DNA of 64,000 bases, taken from positions 32,001 through 96,000 of the forward strand of contig JBBQFN010000012.1 of the NCBI GenBank assembly GCA_038321985.1, given 5' to 3'. The stretch comes from Cyanophyceae cyanobacterium (GTDB taxonomy: Bacteria; Cyanobacteriota; Cyanobacteriia; Cyanobacteriales; Laspinemataceae). The translations under genes and the position numbers were made by a program. Position 1 is the first letter of the stretch, and every line of letters starts with the position of its first letter. Below are positions 21,402 to 30,825 of the stretch, piece by piece. The notes below the pieces were generated by a model, which was given only the letters and a program-made list of their open reading frames with translations, was not told the origin of the DNA and did not search any database.

Positions 21402-22226
21402 ATGGATGTGATTTTTGTGATAGCGGCGATTGCGATCGCCTTAACCTTGGGTGCTTCAATTGGCAGTTTTATTAATGTAGTGGCGTACCGAATCCCCGCT
21501 GGTTTATCCCTACTGTGGCCCCCCTCCCGTTGTCCCCAATGCCTCCACAAACTAGGCAAAACCGAGAATGTGCCCGTATTCGGCTGGTTGCGGTTGCGGG
21601 GTCGGTGTGCTCACTGCAAAACTCCAATTTCCATGCGTTATCCCCTTGTAGAAGGATTGACGGCACTCTTATTCATGCTAGTGACATTGTTCACCTGGGA
21701 AAACCCTATACAAATGGTGGGGTACTGGGTCTTTTTTAGTTGGTTGTTGGCTCTATCGATTATCGATTTTGATACCATGACTCTCCCGAACCCGCTTACA
21801 CAGTCGGGATTGGTGGTGGGGTTAGGGTTTCAGATGGTGACTGGGTGGGCGATCGCCGCGAATGTGCAGGGGATTTCGCAACAATTAATGGTGGGGATAT
21901 TCGGTGCAGTCATTGGGATTTGGCTATTAGATAGCATTTCGTTTCTAGGTTCCATTGCCTTTGGAAAAACCGCAATGGGTGCTGGAGATGCCAAACTCGC
22001 GGCGATGATGGGTGCTTGGTTGGGGTGGAAATTGATGCTGCTAGCCGGTTTTATGGCTTGTGCCGCAGGTGCCTTTATCGGTGGCGGCGCAGTCGCCTTG
22101 GGGTGGCTGGAACGGAGTAAACCGATGCCATTTGGACCCTTTCTGGCTCTTGGTGCGGCGATCGCTGCTTTGTGGGGAAACAATATTTTATCGGCTTATC
22201 TGGGTCTATTTTTTCCCCTTCAATAA
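21402..22226 (+). CDS. pilD: Prepilin peptidase
   Basis: GSFINVVAYRIP, two CxxC motifs, GAGDAKL, PFGPFL. Confidence 0.95.
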   Translation: MDVIFVIAAIAIALTLGASIGSFINVVAYRIPAGLSLLWPPSRCPQCLHKLGKTENVPVFGWLRLRGRCAHCKTPISMRYPLVEGLTALLFMLVTLFTWENPIQMVGYWVFFSWLLALSIIDFDTMTLPNPLTQSGLVVGLGFQMVTGWAIAANVQGISQQLMVGIFGAVIGIWLLDSISFLGSIAFGKTAMGAGDAKLAAMMGAWLGWKLMLLAGFMACAAGAFIGGGAVALGWLERSKPMPFGPFLALGAAIAALWGNNILSAYLGLFFPLQ

Positions 22227-22533
22227 GAGGGAACCCCACCCTAACCCGGACCAAAACATAGGGGAACGCAACTTGTCCGGGTATCAATATTTTCTTGTTA
22301 TTCCGGGATCAGGGATGGATCTAATGCTGGAACTGGATAATATTGTTAGGGATTCAGGGGGGAAAAGGGTAAATTATTGGAGTTTAGGCTAGGGATTAAC
22401 CTATCCCCGTAATTTACCATAACGCGCCTTTTTATACGGAAATAATTTACAAAAATTGGCAAAAATTTTGATAGCCTGCTGATGCGGGCTATCAGAAAAA
22501 GGGTTTTATAGTAGGGATGAAGTATGATTTTCC

Positions 22534-22815
22534 CTACATAATTTTAGGTACTTTAAAAAAGTCCCCTTCGACATCGGGCGCAGCTGCCATAATCGACTTG
22601 AGTTCGGTAAACGGTTGTAGCTCATCTGGACGAGTTACATTGCTGACATCGATCGCCCGGGTGGTGGGTTTGATATTTTCTGTATCCAGTTCGCTTAACT
22701 GCTCAAAATACTCCAGAATGCTGCCAACTTGGGTGGTGAATTGTTCTTCTTCAGCTTCGGTGAGTTCAAGGCGCGCTAGGTGGGCGACTTTGCGAATTTG
22801 TTCTCGGTCAATCAT
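22534..22815 (-). CDS. gatC: Asp/Glu-tRNA amidotransferase subunit C
   Basis: VAHLARLEL ... FFKVPKI. Confidence 0.95.
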   Translation of the reverse strand: MIDREQIRKVAHLARLELTEAEEEQFTTQVGSILEYFEQLSELDTENIKPTTRAIDVSNVTRPDELQPFTELKSIMAAAPDVEGDFFKVPKIM

Positions 22816-22945
22816 GGATAACTAGGGAGAATTAGGGTCAGAGTGGATAGCGATCGCCCTGATTTAGGGAGACGGTGAATCACAGGGAAATTGAATCAAA
22901 CCAGAGCGATCGCACTAGAGGATTATAGGCTAAAGAACCCAGAGA

Positions 22946-23467
22946 TTAGAAAAACACATCCATCGTCGAACGTCCAGTGGTTTTGAGCCAGTTTTGAGCC
23001 TCAATATAGTTATTGGGAGCCTGACGAATGGCTTGCTTCCAGTAATCAGCAGCGCGATCGTATAACTCCTCCGCATCTTCCGTTTCTCCGGCTTCCTTGG
23101 CTTGATCCCCTTGGTAATGGAAAATAACAGCGATATTGTTTAGGGCTTGGGGCATTCGGGGATTGAGTTCAAGGGCTTGGTGGTAATATTCCAGGGCTCT
23201 GTCTCGTTCGCCATTGCTGGTGTGAATTAAGCCGATATTGTAGAGAATATAACTGCGATCATAGGGGTCTTCTTCAAGGCTGAGGGCTTCGGTATAGTTT
23301 TCCAAGGCTTCGGCATATTCACCATCAGCTTGAGCCGACATCCCATCCCGGTAGTAGGCGAAGGCTTCCTTAGATTGTTGATTCGTCGGCAGAATCTTTA
23401 AAATGATATCCGCCATCACGGTAAAGGTTTTGTCGATGAAGTTATCGTTACGTTGTGTTCTGGGCAT
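22946..23467 (-). CDS. ycf3: Photosystem I assembly protein Ycf3
   Basis: [23 protein letters not shown] repeats, [14 protein letters not shown]. Confidence 0.98.
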   Translation of the reverse strand: MPRTQRNDNFIDKTFTVMADIILKILPTNQQSKEAFAYYRDGMSAQADGEYAEALENYTEALSLEEDPYDRSYILYNIGLIHTSNGERDRALEYYHQALELNPRMPQALNNIAVIFHYQGDQAKEAGETEDAEELYDRAADYWKQAIRQAPNNYIEAQNWLKTTGRSTMDVFF

Positions 23468-23731
23468 GAGGGTTTCGGTCTAGGGGTTTTAACAGAGTTT
23501 GACGATTGGCTTGTGCTTCAATCTTATTGTAGGCATTGTGGTTCCATCCGTTTCGTGAGAATTGAGTTTGTGGGGGATAATTCAGTTAGGAGAGGGCATT
23601 AATGCAGATTTTTCAGTGGTAGGAAGACCGATCTGTAGGAAGATTGAAGAGTAAAATCGCGTTAGAATTAGGATTCTGGGGCCTGACCTCAGAAGGAAAC
23701 CGGCAACAATTTTAGTTAAGATCAGTTTATT

Positions 23732-23956
23732 GTGACATGGATCACAGTGAAAACCACCAGCAATCGCTGGGAGGCTGAGTTCATGCAACAGGTGCTGGAG
23801 GCTCAGGAAATTCCCACTCGGATTGTGGATTTAGGAATCCTTTCCTATTTGGGAATAGGGAGTCCAACCGCCTTGCAAGTGCGTCCAGAAGATCGGTGGA
23901 CGGCCTTGTTGTTACTCAGTCCCCCCGAAGAAGAGGAGCCTCCGTCCGAACTCTAA
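23732..23956 (+). CDS. DUF2007-like small protein
   Basis: WEAE.M.Q.L....IP..I.DLG..SYLG....LQV..ED pattern; GTG start. Confidence 0.7.
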   Translation: MTWITVKTTSNRWEAEFMQQVLEAQEIPTRIVDLGILSYLGIGSPTALQVRPEDRWTALLLLSPPEEEEPPSEL

Positions 23957-24096
23957 ATAAAAGAGCGTGTGGAGAAACTGAACAGAGGAGGCGATCGCAC
24001 TAAACGATCGCTGCGATCGCATATTCGGTTTCGGCTTCTTGGATAAAAGGCCGTGATGTTGAATCGCTAACAAACAGAAAGGAATTAAGCGTTTTC

Positions 24097-25020
24097 ATGT
24101 CTCTATTTGATTGGTTTGCAAATCGCCGTAAGTCAGGCCCCATGAGCCAAGACCGGCAAGAGCGAGAAATAGCCGATGGGCTATGGACGAAGTGTCCCGA
24201 ATGTACGGTATTGACCTACACGAAGGACTTAAGAGCGAATCAGATGGTTTGTCTCGAATGCGGGCATCATCTGAGGGTCGATGGATCAGAGCGGATTTAC
24301 CAGCTAATTGATGGCACTACCTGGATGCCCCTAGATGAGAACCTGCAAGCTGTAGATGCGCTCAAGTTCCGCGATCGCAAATCTTACAGCGATCGCCTGC
24401 GGGAATATCAAGATAAAACCGGCTGTTTAGACGCGGTGAAAACCGGGTTAGGCAAGCTGGATGGACTCCCTGTGGCCCTGGGGGTGATGGAATTCAAGTT
24501 TATGGGGGGCAGCATGGGTTCCGTAGTGGGTGAAAAACTCACCCGCCTGATCGAACGGGCCACCCGAGAACGGTTACCCCTGATTATCATCTGTGCCTCT
24601 GGGGGGGCGCGGATGCAAGAAGGAATGCTGTCTCTGATGCAAATGGCGAAAATCTCCGGGGCGCTAGAACGGCATCGAGAGGGCAAATTGCTTTATATTC
24701 CCATTTTGACCCACCCCACCACGGGGGGAGTCACGGCATCCTTTGCGATGTTAGGGGATATTATTATTGCCGAACCGAAAGCCACCATTGGGTTTGCCGG
24801 ACGTCGGGTGATTGAGCAAACCTTGCGAGAGAAACTGCCCGATGATTTTCAATCGGCAGAGGACCTGCTTCAACATGGGTTTGTGGATGCGATCGTCCCC
24901 CGGACCCAAATTAAGAAAACTTTGGCGCAGTTGATTTGCCTACATCAACCCCAGTCTCGTTTGTCTCATCGGCTTCCTTTCCCGGAGACCCTGCAATTGA
25001 GTACCACGGCGATCGAATAG
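24097..25020 (+). CDS. accD: Acetyl-CoA carboxylase carboxyltransferase beta subunit
   Basis: Zn finger, [32 protein letters not shown]. Confidence 0.97.
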   Translation: MSLFDWFANRRKSGPMSQDRQEREIADGLWTKCPECTVLTYTKDLRANQMVCLECGHHLRVDGSERIYQLIDGTTWMPLDENLQAVDALKFRDRKSYSDRLREYQDKTGCLDAVKTGLGKLDGLPVALGVMEFKFMGGSMGSVVGEKLTRLIERATRERLPLIIICASGGARMQEGMLSLMQMAKISGALERHREGKLLYIPILTHPTTGGVTASFAMLGDIIIAEPKATIGFAGRRVIEQTLREKLPDDFQSAEDLLQHGFVDAIVPRTQIKKTLAQLICLHQPQSRLSHRLPFPETLQLSTTAIE

Positions 25021-25593
25021 AGACTTGTTGCATGATTCGGATGAGATTTCCCCAGGACCTTGATGAACTTAACCGTTATAGGTTAAGACCCCACTCTAAC
25101 CTCCTCCCCAAAACACCGGGGAGGGTTAGGGAAGGGTTCACAGGCCGATTGCGGCAACTGGCTCTCAAATCCAATGAAACCCAGTAGGGGTCAACCCTTG
25201 AACCTTGAACCTTATCGTTAACGGGGAGACCCTACTCCGGTTTCCGTTCCTGTCTCTGGGTCTGGGTTAGGGTAGAGTTAACTTTAGGGAATAACTTCTA
25301 TGGAATCGTGGCACTCAAGCCAGTTGCCCGGTGAAGATAGAAAGCATAAAATTTAGCAAAAGTCAAAGGTAAAAAATACCTAATTTATAAGAAATTTTCC
25401 CGATTTTCTAGGAACAGACCGCAGGTGGAAGAACTGAAAAATTCCAGAGGGATTCCCTCTAAACTTGTGGGTTCTCGCAGGGATTAGCGCATCATCGATC
25501 CGGGAAGCAAAAATGCAATTTTTAGAAAGTGCCGCGCAGTGGCATGATAATGATATTGAAAATGGCTTAATCTTGACCTGTCAGCCAAAAATT

Positions 25594-25776
25594 ATGGGTT
25601 TCGCCGACTTGTCGATTGCGGAAATTGCTCAAGACTATAATCTCCCGATTGAGGAGGTCCTGCGGTGGTGCGATGAACTCTCGATTGCCTATAAAAGTCC
25701 TCAAACCCGTCTGGCGTTAGAGGATGCCAAAGCAATTTTGAGTAAAATTAACACCGATCGCCAGGAGAATTCCTGA
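25594..25776 (+). CDS. Small IF2-N-terminal-like protein
   Basis: MGFADLSIAEIA...YKSPQTRLALEDAKAI, located upstream of psbV. Confidence 0.7.
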   Translation: MGFADLSIAEIAQDYNLPIEEVLRWCDELSIAYKSPQTRLALEDAKAILSKINTDRQENS

Positions 25777-26082
25777 TCGGAATCCTATAAGCGAGCTTTC
25801 AACCGTGCGATCGCATCTCGAACCCAGATTAGCGGCGAGTGACGGAAGCCCCGGCTAGTTCAGCTATCACAAAGGCGATCGTGAACCAACACCCTGGACA
25901 TCCAACCTGGATGATGCACAAACGCCCCAAAGGGTCAAGGCTTGACCCCAACGCGGGCGGGGCATTTTGAGAGGATGCGATTGCCATTGGGAAGAGTTGC
26001 GAACCCATTGCTAACCGAACCAATCCAAGCCGGAGCTGTGTTTAGCGTTCAATACCATATCCGCTTTTTTTTGAGGAAAACC

Positions 26083-26574
26083 ATGCTGAAAAGATGCATC
26101 TGGCTGGCTGTAGCCACTGTATTCTTCACCTTTCAAATATTTGTCGGGAATGCTGCGGCAATTGAACTCGATCGCGGGCTTCGCACCGTTCCATTAAACG
26201 AGAGCGGTGAAACCATCGTGTTGAGCTTGCAACAAGTTGAACAAGGCAAACGCCTGTTTAACGATACCTGCTCCAAATGTCATGCGGGTGGAGTTACTAA
26301 AACCGACTTCAACGTGAGTCTAAGCCAAGAAGATTTAGCCTTTGCAACGCCTCGGCGGGATTCGATTGAAGGGTTAATCGATTACATGAAAGATCCGACT
26401 AGCTATGATGGGGAGGTTGACATTTCCGAATTACACCCCAGCATTAAGAGTGCGGATATTTTCGCCGAAATGAGAAATCTGACCGAGGACGATCTGTTCG
26501 CGATCGCCGGACACATCCTCATTCAGCCTAAAATCCAGGGCATCCAATGGGGTGGCGGTAAAGCCTACCGCTAA
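26083..26574 (+). CDS. psbV: Photosystem II cytochrome c550
   Basis: Signal peptide, CSKCH, PTSYDG..ISELHPS, WGGGKAY; GAGG RBS. Confidence 0.97.
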   Translation: MLKRCIWLAVATVFFTFQIFVGNAAAIELDRGLRTVPLNESGETIVLSLQQVEQGKRLFNDTCSKCHAGGVTKTDFNVSLSQEDLAFATPRRDSIEGLIDYMKDPTSYDGEVDISELHPSIKSADIFAEMRNLTEDDLFAIAGHILIQPKIQGIQWGGGKAYR

Positions 26575-26907
26575 ATCTCCCCATCGGTTGCAGACTGCAT
26601 TCAGACCCGACTGGGCGTCACGGCTGTTTTAACAGAAAGACTCAAGTGAAACTGGGCGTTTTGGGGATGGGGAAGTCAGCGATTGGCAATCCCTTACCCC
26701 TAGGCAAGGCGATCGCCCCCAAGCGATTCTCTAAACCCCAAAACGCTCTCTTATCACCCCTGAAACCCAACGGGGTCCGTGGCTTGGTGGCCTGAATCGC
26801 AGTTAAATCCCTTCCTCTTAATTCCCTGAGTCTGGATTCCCTCCTCATCATCTGTGGACATCTCGGACTCCCATTCGCAATCGAACCGCACCCCAACTAA
26901 AGCGCTA

Positions 26908-27408
26908 ATGTTGCCAAAATTTTTAATCCGCTCAGTGGTGGCGATCGTCTTCACCTGCCTGGGTTTTATGAATTTCACCTTACCGGCCCAGGCCGACTCC
27001 ATTGACCCCTATTTGCGCCGCTTTTTGCAAGTCACTGAGCCGGTTCCGATGGAAATGAACTCCCAAGGAGAAACCCGGTTGTTTTCCCCCCAGGGCTTGC
27101 ACGAAGGCAAAGAGTTATTTAAACAACATTGCCTCAACTGTCACGTTGGAGGCTCGACATTACCCTATCCCCCAGTGTCGCTGTCCCTAGACGACCTCAC
27201 GGGCGCAACACCCCCCCGGAATAACATCGATAGCCTCGTGGCCTATATGCGATCGCCGATGACTTATGACGGCAGCGACGACATCTACTGGTGCCGAGAG
27301 ATTTCTGAGAAGTGGCTACCGACAGACCAAGTGGAAAATATCGCGGCCTTCATTCTCAGGGCTGCTCAAAAAGCGCCGGGATGGGGGACCGAAAAGTTTA
27401 AAGGATAG
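26908..27408 (+). CDS. psbV2: Cytochrome c550-like protein PsbV2
   Basis: CLNCH, PMTYDG..WCR (Cys where PsbV has the distal His); follows psbV. Confidence 0.9.
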   Translation: MLPKFLIRSVVAIVFTCLGFMNFTLPAQADSIDPYLRRFLQVTEPVPMEMNSQGETRLFSPQGLHEGKELFKQHCLNCHVGGSTLPYPPVSLSLDDLTGATPPRNNIDSLVAYMRSPMTYDGSDDIYWCREISEKWLPTDQVENIAAFILRAAQKAPGWGTEKFKG

Positions 27409-27413
27409 GGCAA

Positions 27414-28985
27414 TTACCGGGCATCGATAGGGCCTACGTCGAGTTGGCAGACGATTTCCGAATAAGGACAGATCTGCACTCGATTGCGGCCCTGTCCCTT
27501 GGCTTGATATAAGGCACGGTCTGCAAACTCTAATAAAGTCTGGGGGTCTTGCCCAATTTTGACCCCTTCTGAAGCTAGGCCCGAAAGAGGAGCGATCGCC
27601 CCGCCAATGCTAATCGTCAAGGGAATTTCTACCCCCTCAGAGGTTTTGAATGGTTCCTGGGCGATCGCCCGTCGCAACGATTCCCCATATTCCCAAGCCG
27701 TTTCGGGTCCAATGCCTACGGTTAGGCAGATAAATTCCTCCCCCCCATAGCGATAAAACCAACTGTTCGCCCTTGCCTGTCTTTGCAAACGTGCGGCAAT
27801 TTCTTTGAGTACCGCATCTCCTGTGGGATGGCCGTAAGTATCATTCACCCGTTTAAAAAAATCCACATCTAGGGCAAACAGGCAAATATAGTCACTGTAG
27901 GCTGACTTTTCCTGGGCCGCAGAATGGGGCAGCATCTGAGGCAGCGCTTGTTCCATTGCCCGCCGGTTGGGTAAGCCGGTCAACTCATCCGTCAGGGCCA
28001 GAGATTCCAGTAATTTATTGCGCGCAATCAGTTGCTTGAGCAGGGCTTCTCGTTCCGATTCTGATTGTTGCAAGAGCTGCTGCAAGACCTCAATTTCGGC
28101 ATACATTTCCATGGGGTCTAATGCTTGCAGTAAACTGGTCTGGGTAATAATTCCCCCGAGTTCACCTTCATTCCCAACCACAACTAACCGATGAACCCGC
28201 CGCCGTTGCATCTGCTGATGGGCTTCCCAAAGGGAGGCAGAGGGTCCAATGGGAAATAAAGGCGCACTCATCACCGTAGAGGCTTGGAGGCGATCGAGGT
28301 CTAGTTCGAGATTGCGGAACTGCAACATATCTCGTTCCGTGATGATGCCCACCGGACGAACGGGTTTGATTTGGCAGCTATCGGCGGACCACACTCCCCA
28401 GGTTGAATCGAGGGGGGTTAATTCCTTGTGATGTGCTTGAGCGACGACCACGCAACTAACGTTATAAATTGCCATGAGTTTAGCAACGTTGAGCACCGTG
28501 GTAGATACAGGGGCGTGAATCACCCGAGTGCTCATCACTTCACTAACTCGCCGTAGACGCATAAAATCAATGGGTTTGAGGACGCTACGGATACTCTGTT
28601 GGGTGAGGATACCCAGGAGTGTTCCATTGCCATCAAAAACCGGAAGATGGCGAATTCGATGGTGACGAAATAGGGTCAGCACCGTGACGATATCTTGATC
28701 ATCCGTTGAGGATTCAGTCAGGGTGAGGACATTTTTCGTCATTACCTGGGCGATCGCCACCCCTTTGATGTTTTTAGAGGCAGCGATCATTCGCACCACA
28801 TCCCGTTCTGTAAAAATCCCCACTAACTGATCTCGTTGATTTCCGTTTCCTCGCAGAGGGTCTAAGATGAGTACACTACTGGTTCTGCCCCGACTCATCA
28901 GCGCAATAACGGCTTCTACAGAGGTATCCGCCGTAGTGGTGATGGGTTGAGGATTGATCGCCTGTCTAAGAGAAGACACAAACAT
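27414..28985 (-). CDS. Diguanylate cyclase with four CBS domains
   Basis: GIFTERD/GIITERD CBS motifs, TDELTGLPNRR, DVDFFKRVND, RYGGEEF. Confidence 0.93.
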   Translation of the reverse strand: MFVSSLRQAINPQPITTTADTSVEAVIALMSRGRTSSVLILDPLRGNGNQRDQLVGIFTERDVVRMIAASKNIKGVAIAQVMTKNVLTLTESSTDDQDIVTVLTLFRHHRIRHLPVFDGNGTLLGILTQQSIRSVLKPIDFMRLRRVSEVMSTRVIHAPVSTTVLNVAKLMAIYNVSCVVVAQAHHKELTPLDSTWGVWSADSCQIKPVRPVGIITERDMLQFRNLELDLDRLQASTVMSAPLFPIGPSASLWEAHQQMQRRRVHRLVVVGNEGELGGIITQTSLLQALDPMEMYAEIEVLQQLLQQSESEREALLKQLIARNKLLESLALTDELTGLPNRRAMEQALPQMLPHSAAQEKSAYSDYICLFALDVDFFKRVNDTYGHPTGDAVLKEIAARLQRQARANSWFYRYGGEEFICLTVGIGPETAWEYGESLRRAIAQEPFKTSEGVEIPLTISIGGAIAPLSGLASEGVKIGQDPQTLLEFADRALYQAKGQGRNRVQICPYSEIVCQLDVGPIDAR

Positions 28986-29330
28986 TGCAGCTACATCTTT
29001 TTTTTTAATCTCCCCGTAACCCTTCAGTGTAAAGGACTAACGCCCAATTCCAATGGGTGGAGGTCTTCCCGGTGGAGTCCTTGCATAGGATGTCGGAGGG
29101 GAGCTAATTTGCCGACTTTGCCTCTACTGTAAAGGTTTTTACCTTCAGGTGACGGGAGAGGATGTCAACCCGAAGAGGTGCAGGGGTTCAGGGGTTGATG
29201 CGATCGCCTCAGTTTGGGAGATTACGAAAAAACATCACGGAATCGTTTGGGCATATCGCGTTGGATGTTAACGAACCGGGATAAAATACTTTTTGAGTGA
29301 CAATTCTGAGTTGAATAGAGGAGAACTACT

Positions 29331-29663
29331 TTGAAGCGACTATTATCCATTGTTTTGCTGGCGATCGCCGTCCTGACTGTTGCCTTTGTGCCTCCGGCCT
29401 TCGCTGGAGATTCGGCCAATGGTGCCAAAATCTTTAGCGCCAACTGTGCAGCTTGTCACATGGGCGGTAATAACGTGATTATGGCGAACAAAACCCTGAA
29501 GAAAGATGCCCTAGATCAATACGCCATGAATTCTTTAGACGCCATCACGACTCAGGTCAAGAATGGCAAGAACGCCATGCCTGCTTTCGGCGGTCGTCTC
29601 AGTGACACTCAAATCGAAGATGTCGCAACCTACGTTCTTGAACAAGCCGAAAAAGGTTGGTAG
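29331..29663 (+). CDS. petJ: Cytochrome c6
   Basis: Signal peptide, [20 protein letters not shown] start after GAGGAG. Confidence 0.96.
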   Translation: MKRLLSIVLLAIAVLTVAFVPPAFAGDSANGAKIFSANCAACHMGGNNVIMANKTLKKDALDQYAMNSLDAITTQVKNGKNAMPAFGGRLSDTQIEDVATYVLEQAEKGW

Positions 29664-29765
29664 ATTGCTGCCTTTACCCCGTTAGGTGAGGTGATCTCAA
29701 TCAAACCCGTTTAAACCGGGCTTTGGGATCCAGGCTATTCTGAGCCAATTTCCGCGATTCACAAG

Positions 29766-29795
29766 AAACCCCTCTGGCAGCCGGAGGGGTTTTTT
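29766..29795 (+). terminator. Intrinsic terminator after petJ
   Basis: AAACCCCTCTGG-CAG-CCGGAGGGGTTTTTT. Confidence 0.85.
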
Positions 29796-29884
29796 GCTTC
29801 CACATCCACCCCTGGTTATTTGGCGATCGGGCTCTTATTTGTTATGGTGGTCTGAAACCTTTTGAAAAAAGCAAGATAAAATCT

Positions 29885-30592
29885 GTGGTTCCTTTACATG
29901 ATGAAACGCCAACGGAAATTACCCCTTATGTGACGTATGGGTTAATCGCTGTTAATATTTTGGTATTTTTCTACGAACTTTCCTTACAACAGCAGGGACA
30001 GTTAGATAGCTTCTTGCAAAATTGGGCAGTCGTTCCCCAACAGCTAAGTGCTAGCTTTGCTGGACAACCCACCCCCAGTCTGGTTTCGGAGTGGATTACC
30101 TTATTTACTTCTCAATTTCTACATGGGGGCTGGTTGCACCTGGGTGGGAATATGTTATTTCTGTGGATTTTTGGAAATAATGTTGAGGACTGCTTAGGGC
30201 ATATAAAATACATCATATTTTATTTAGCTTGTGGAGCTATAGCCGTATTAGCGCAGTGGTTTTTCTCGATGGATTCAACCATTCCCTCATTAGGCGCATC
30301 CGGGGCGATCGCCGGAGTCATGGGTGCTTACATCCTGCGCTATCCTAAATCCAAAATTCTCACCCTAGTTCCCTTGGGATTTTTCCTGACCACTTTCCGC
30401 ATTCCGGCAGTATTCTTTCTCGGTTTTTGGTTTGTCCAGCAAGCATTGTACGGTATAGCGGGTCTATCTCAGCAAACTAATATCGGCATGGAAAGTGGCG
30501 GAATTGCCTATTGGGCGCACGCAGGCGGATTTGTAGTCGGTGCAGTATTAGGTCCGTTACTGGGCTTATTTTCCAACCAGCGATCGGTCTAA
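29885..30592 (+). CDS. Rhomboid intramembrane serine protease
   Basis: FLHGGWLHL, GASGAI, AYWAHAGG. Confidence 0.93.
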   Translation: MVPLHDETPTEITPYVTYGLIAVNILVFFYELSLQQQGQLDSFLQNWAVVPQQLSASFAGQPTPSLVSEWITLFTSQFLHGGWLHLGGNMLFLWIFGNNVEDCLGHIKYIIFYLACGAIAVLAQWFFSMDSTIPSLGASGAIAGVMGAYILRYPKSKILTLVPLGFFLTTFRIPAVFFLGFWFVQQALYGIAGLSQQTNIGMESGGIAYWAHAGGFVVGAVLGPLLGLFSNQRSV

Positions 30593-30610
30593 CCCTGTCC
30601 CTATTCTCCA

Positions 30611-30746
30611 AGTTAGTAGTAACGACTTTAGCCGTTTCTTGCTCTTAAGTTAGTAGTAACGACTTTAGCCATTTTTTTAGGTTCGTCAAAGGAGTGCGAG
30701 TATCTTGCTCACTTTTTTAAGATAGGGAGCAAAATGCTCCCACTCC
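30611..30746. repeat. Two GTAG-type REP copies plus an inverted pair from a second repeat family
   Basis: AGTTAGTAGTAACGACTTTAGCC twice (30611, 30648); GGAGTGCGAGTATCTTGCTC...GAGCAAAATGCTCCCACTCC (30691-30746). Confidence 0.75.
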
Positions 30747-30825
30747 TTTTTCACAGAAATAACTTTCCAATCTCTCACAAAAGGCAAAATTTTAAACTGT
30801 ATACAAAAACCCGCTTAATTGCTCC

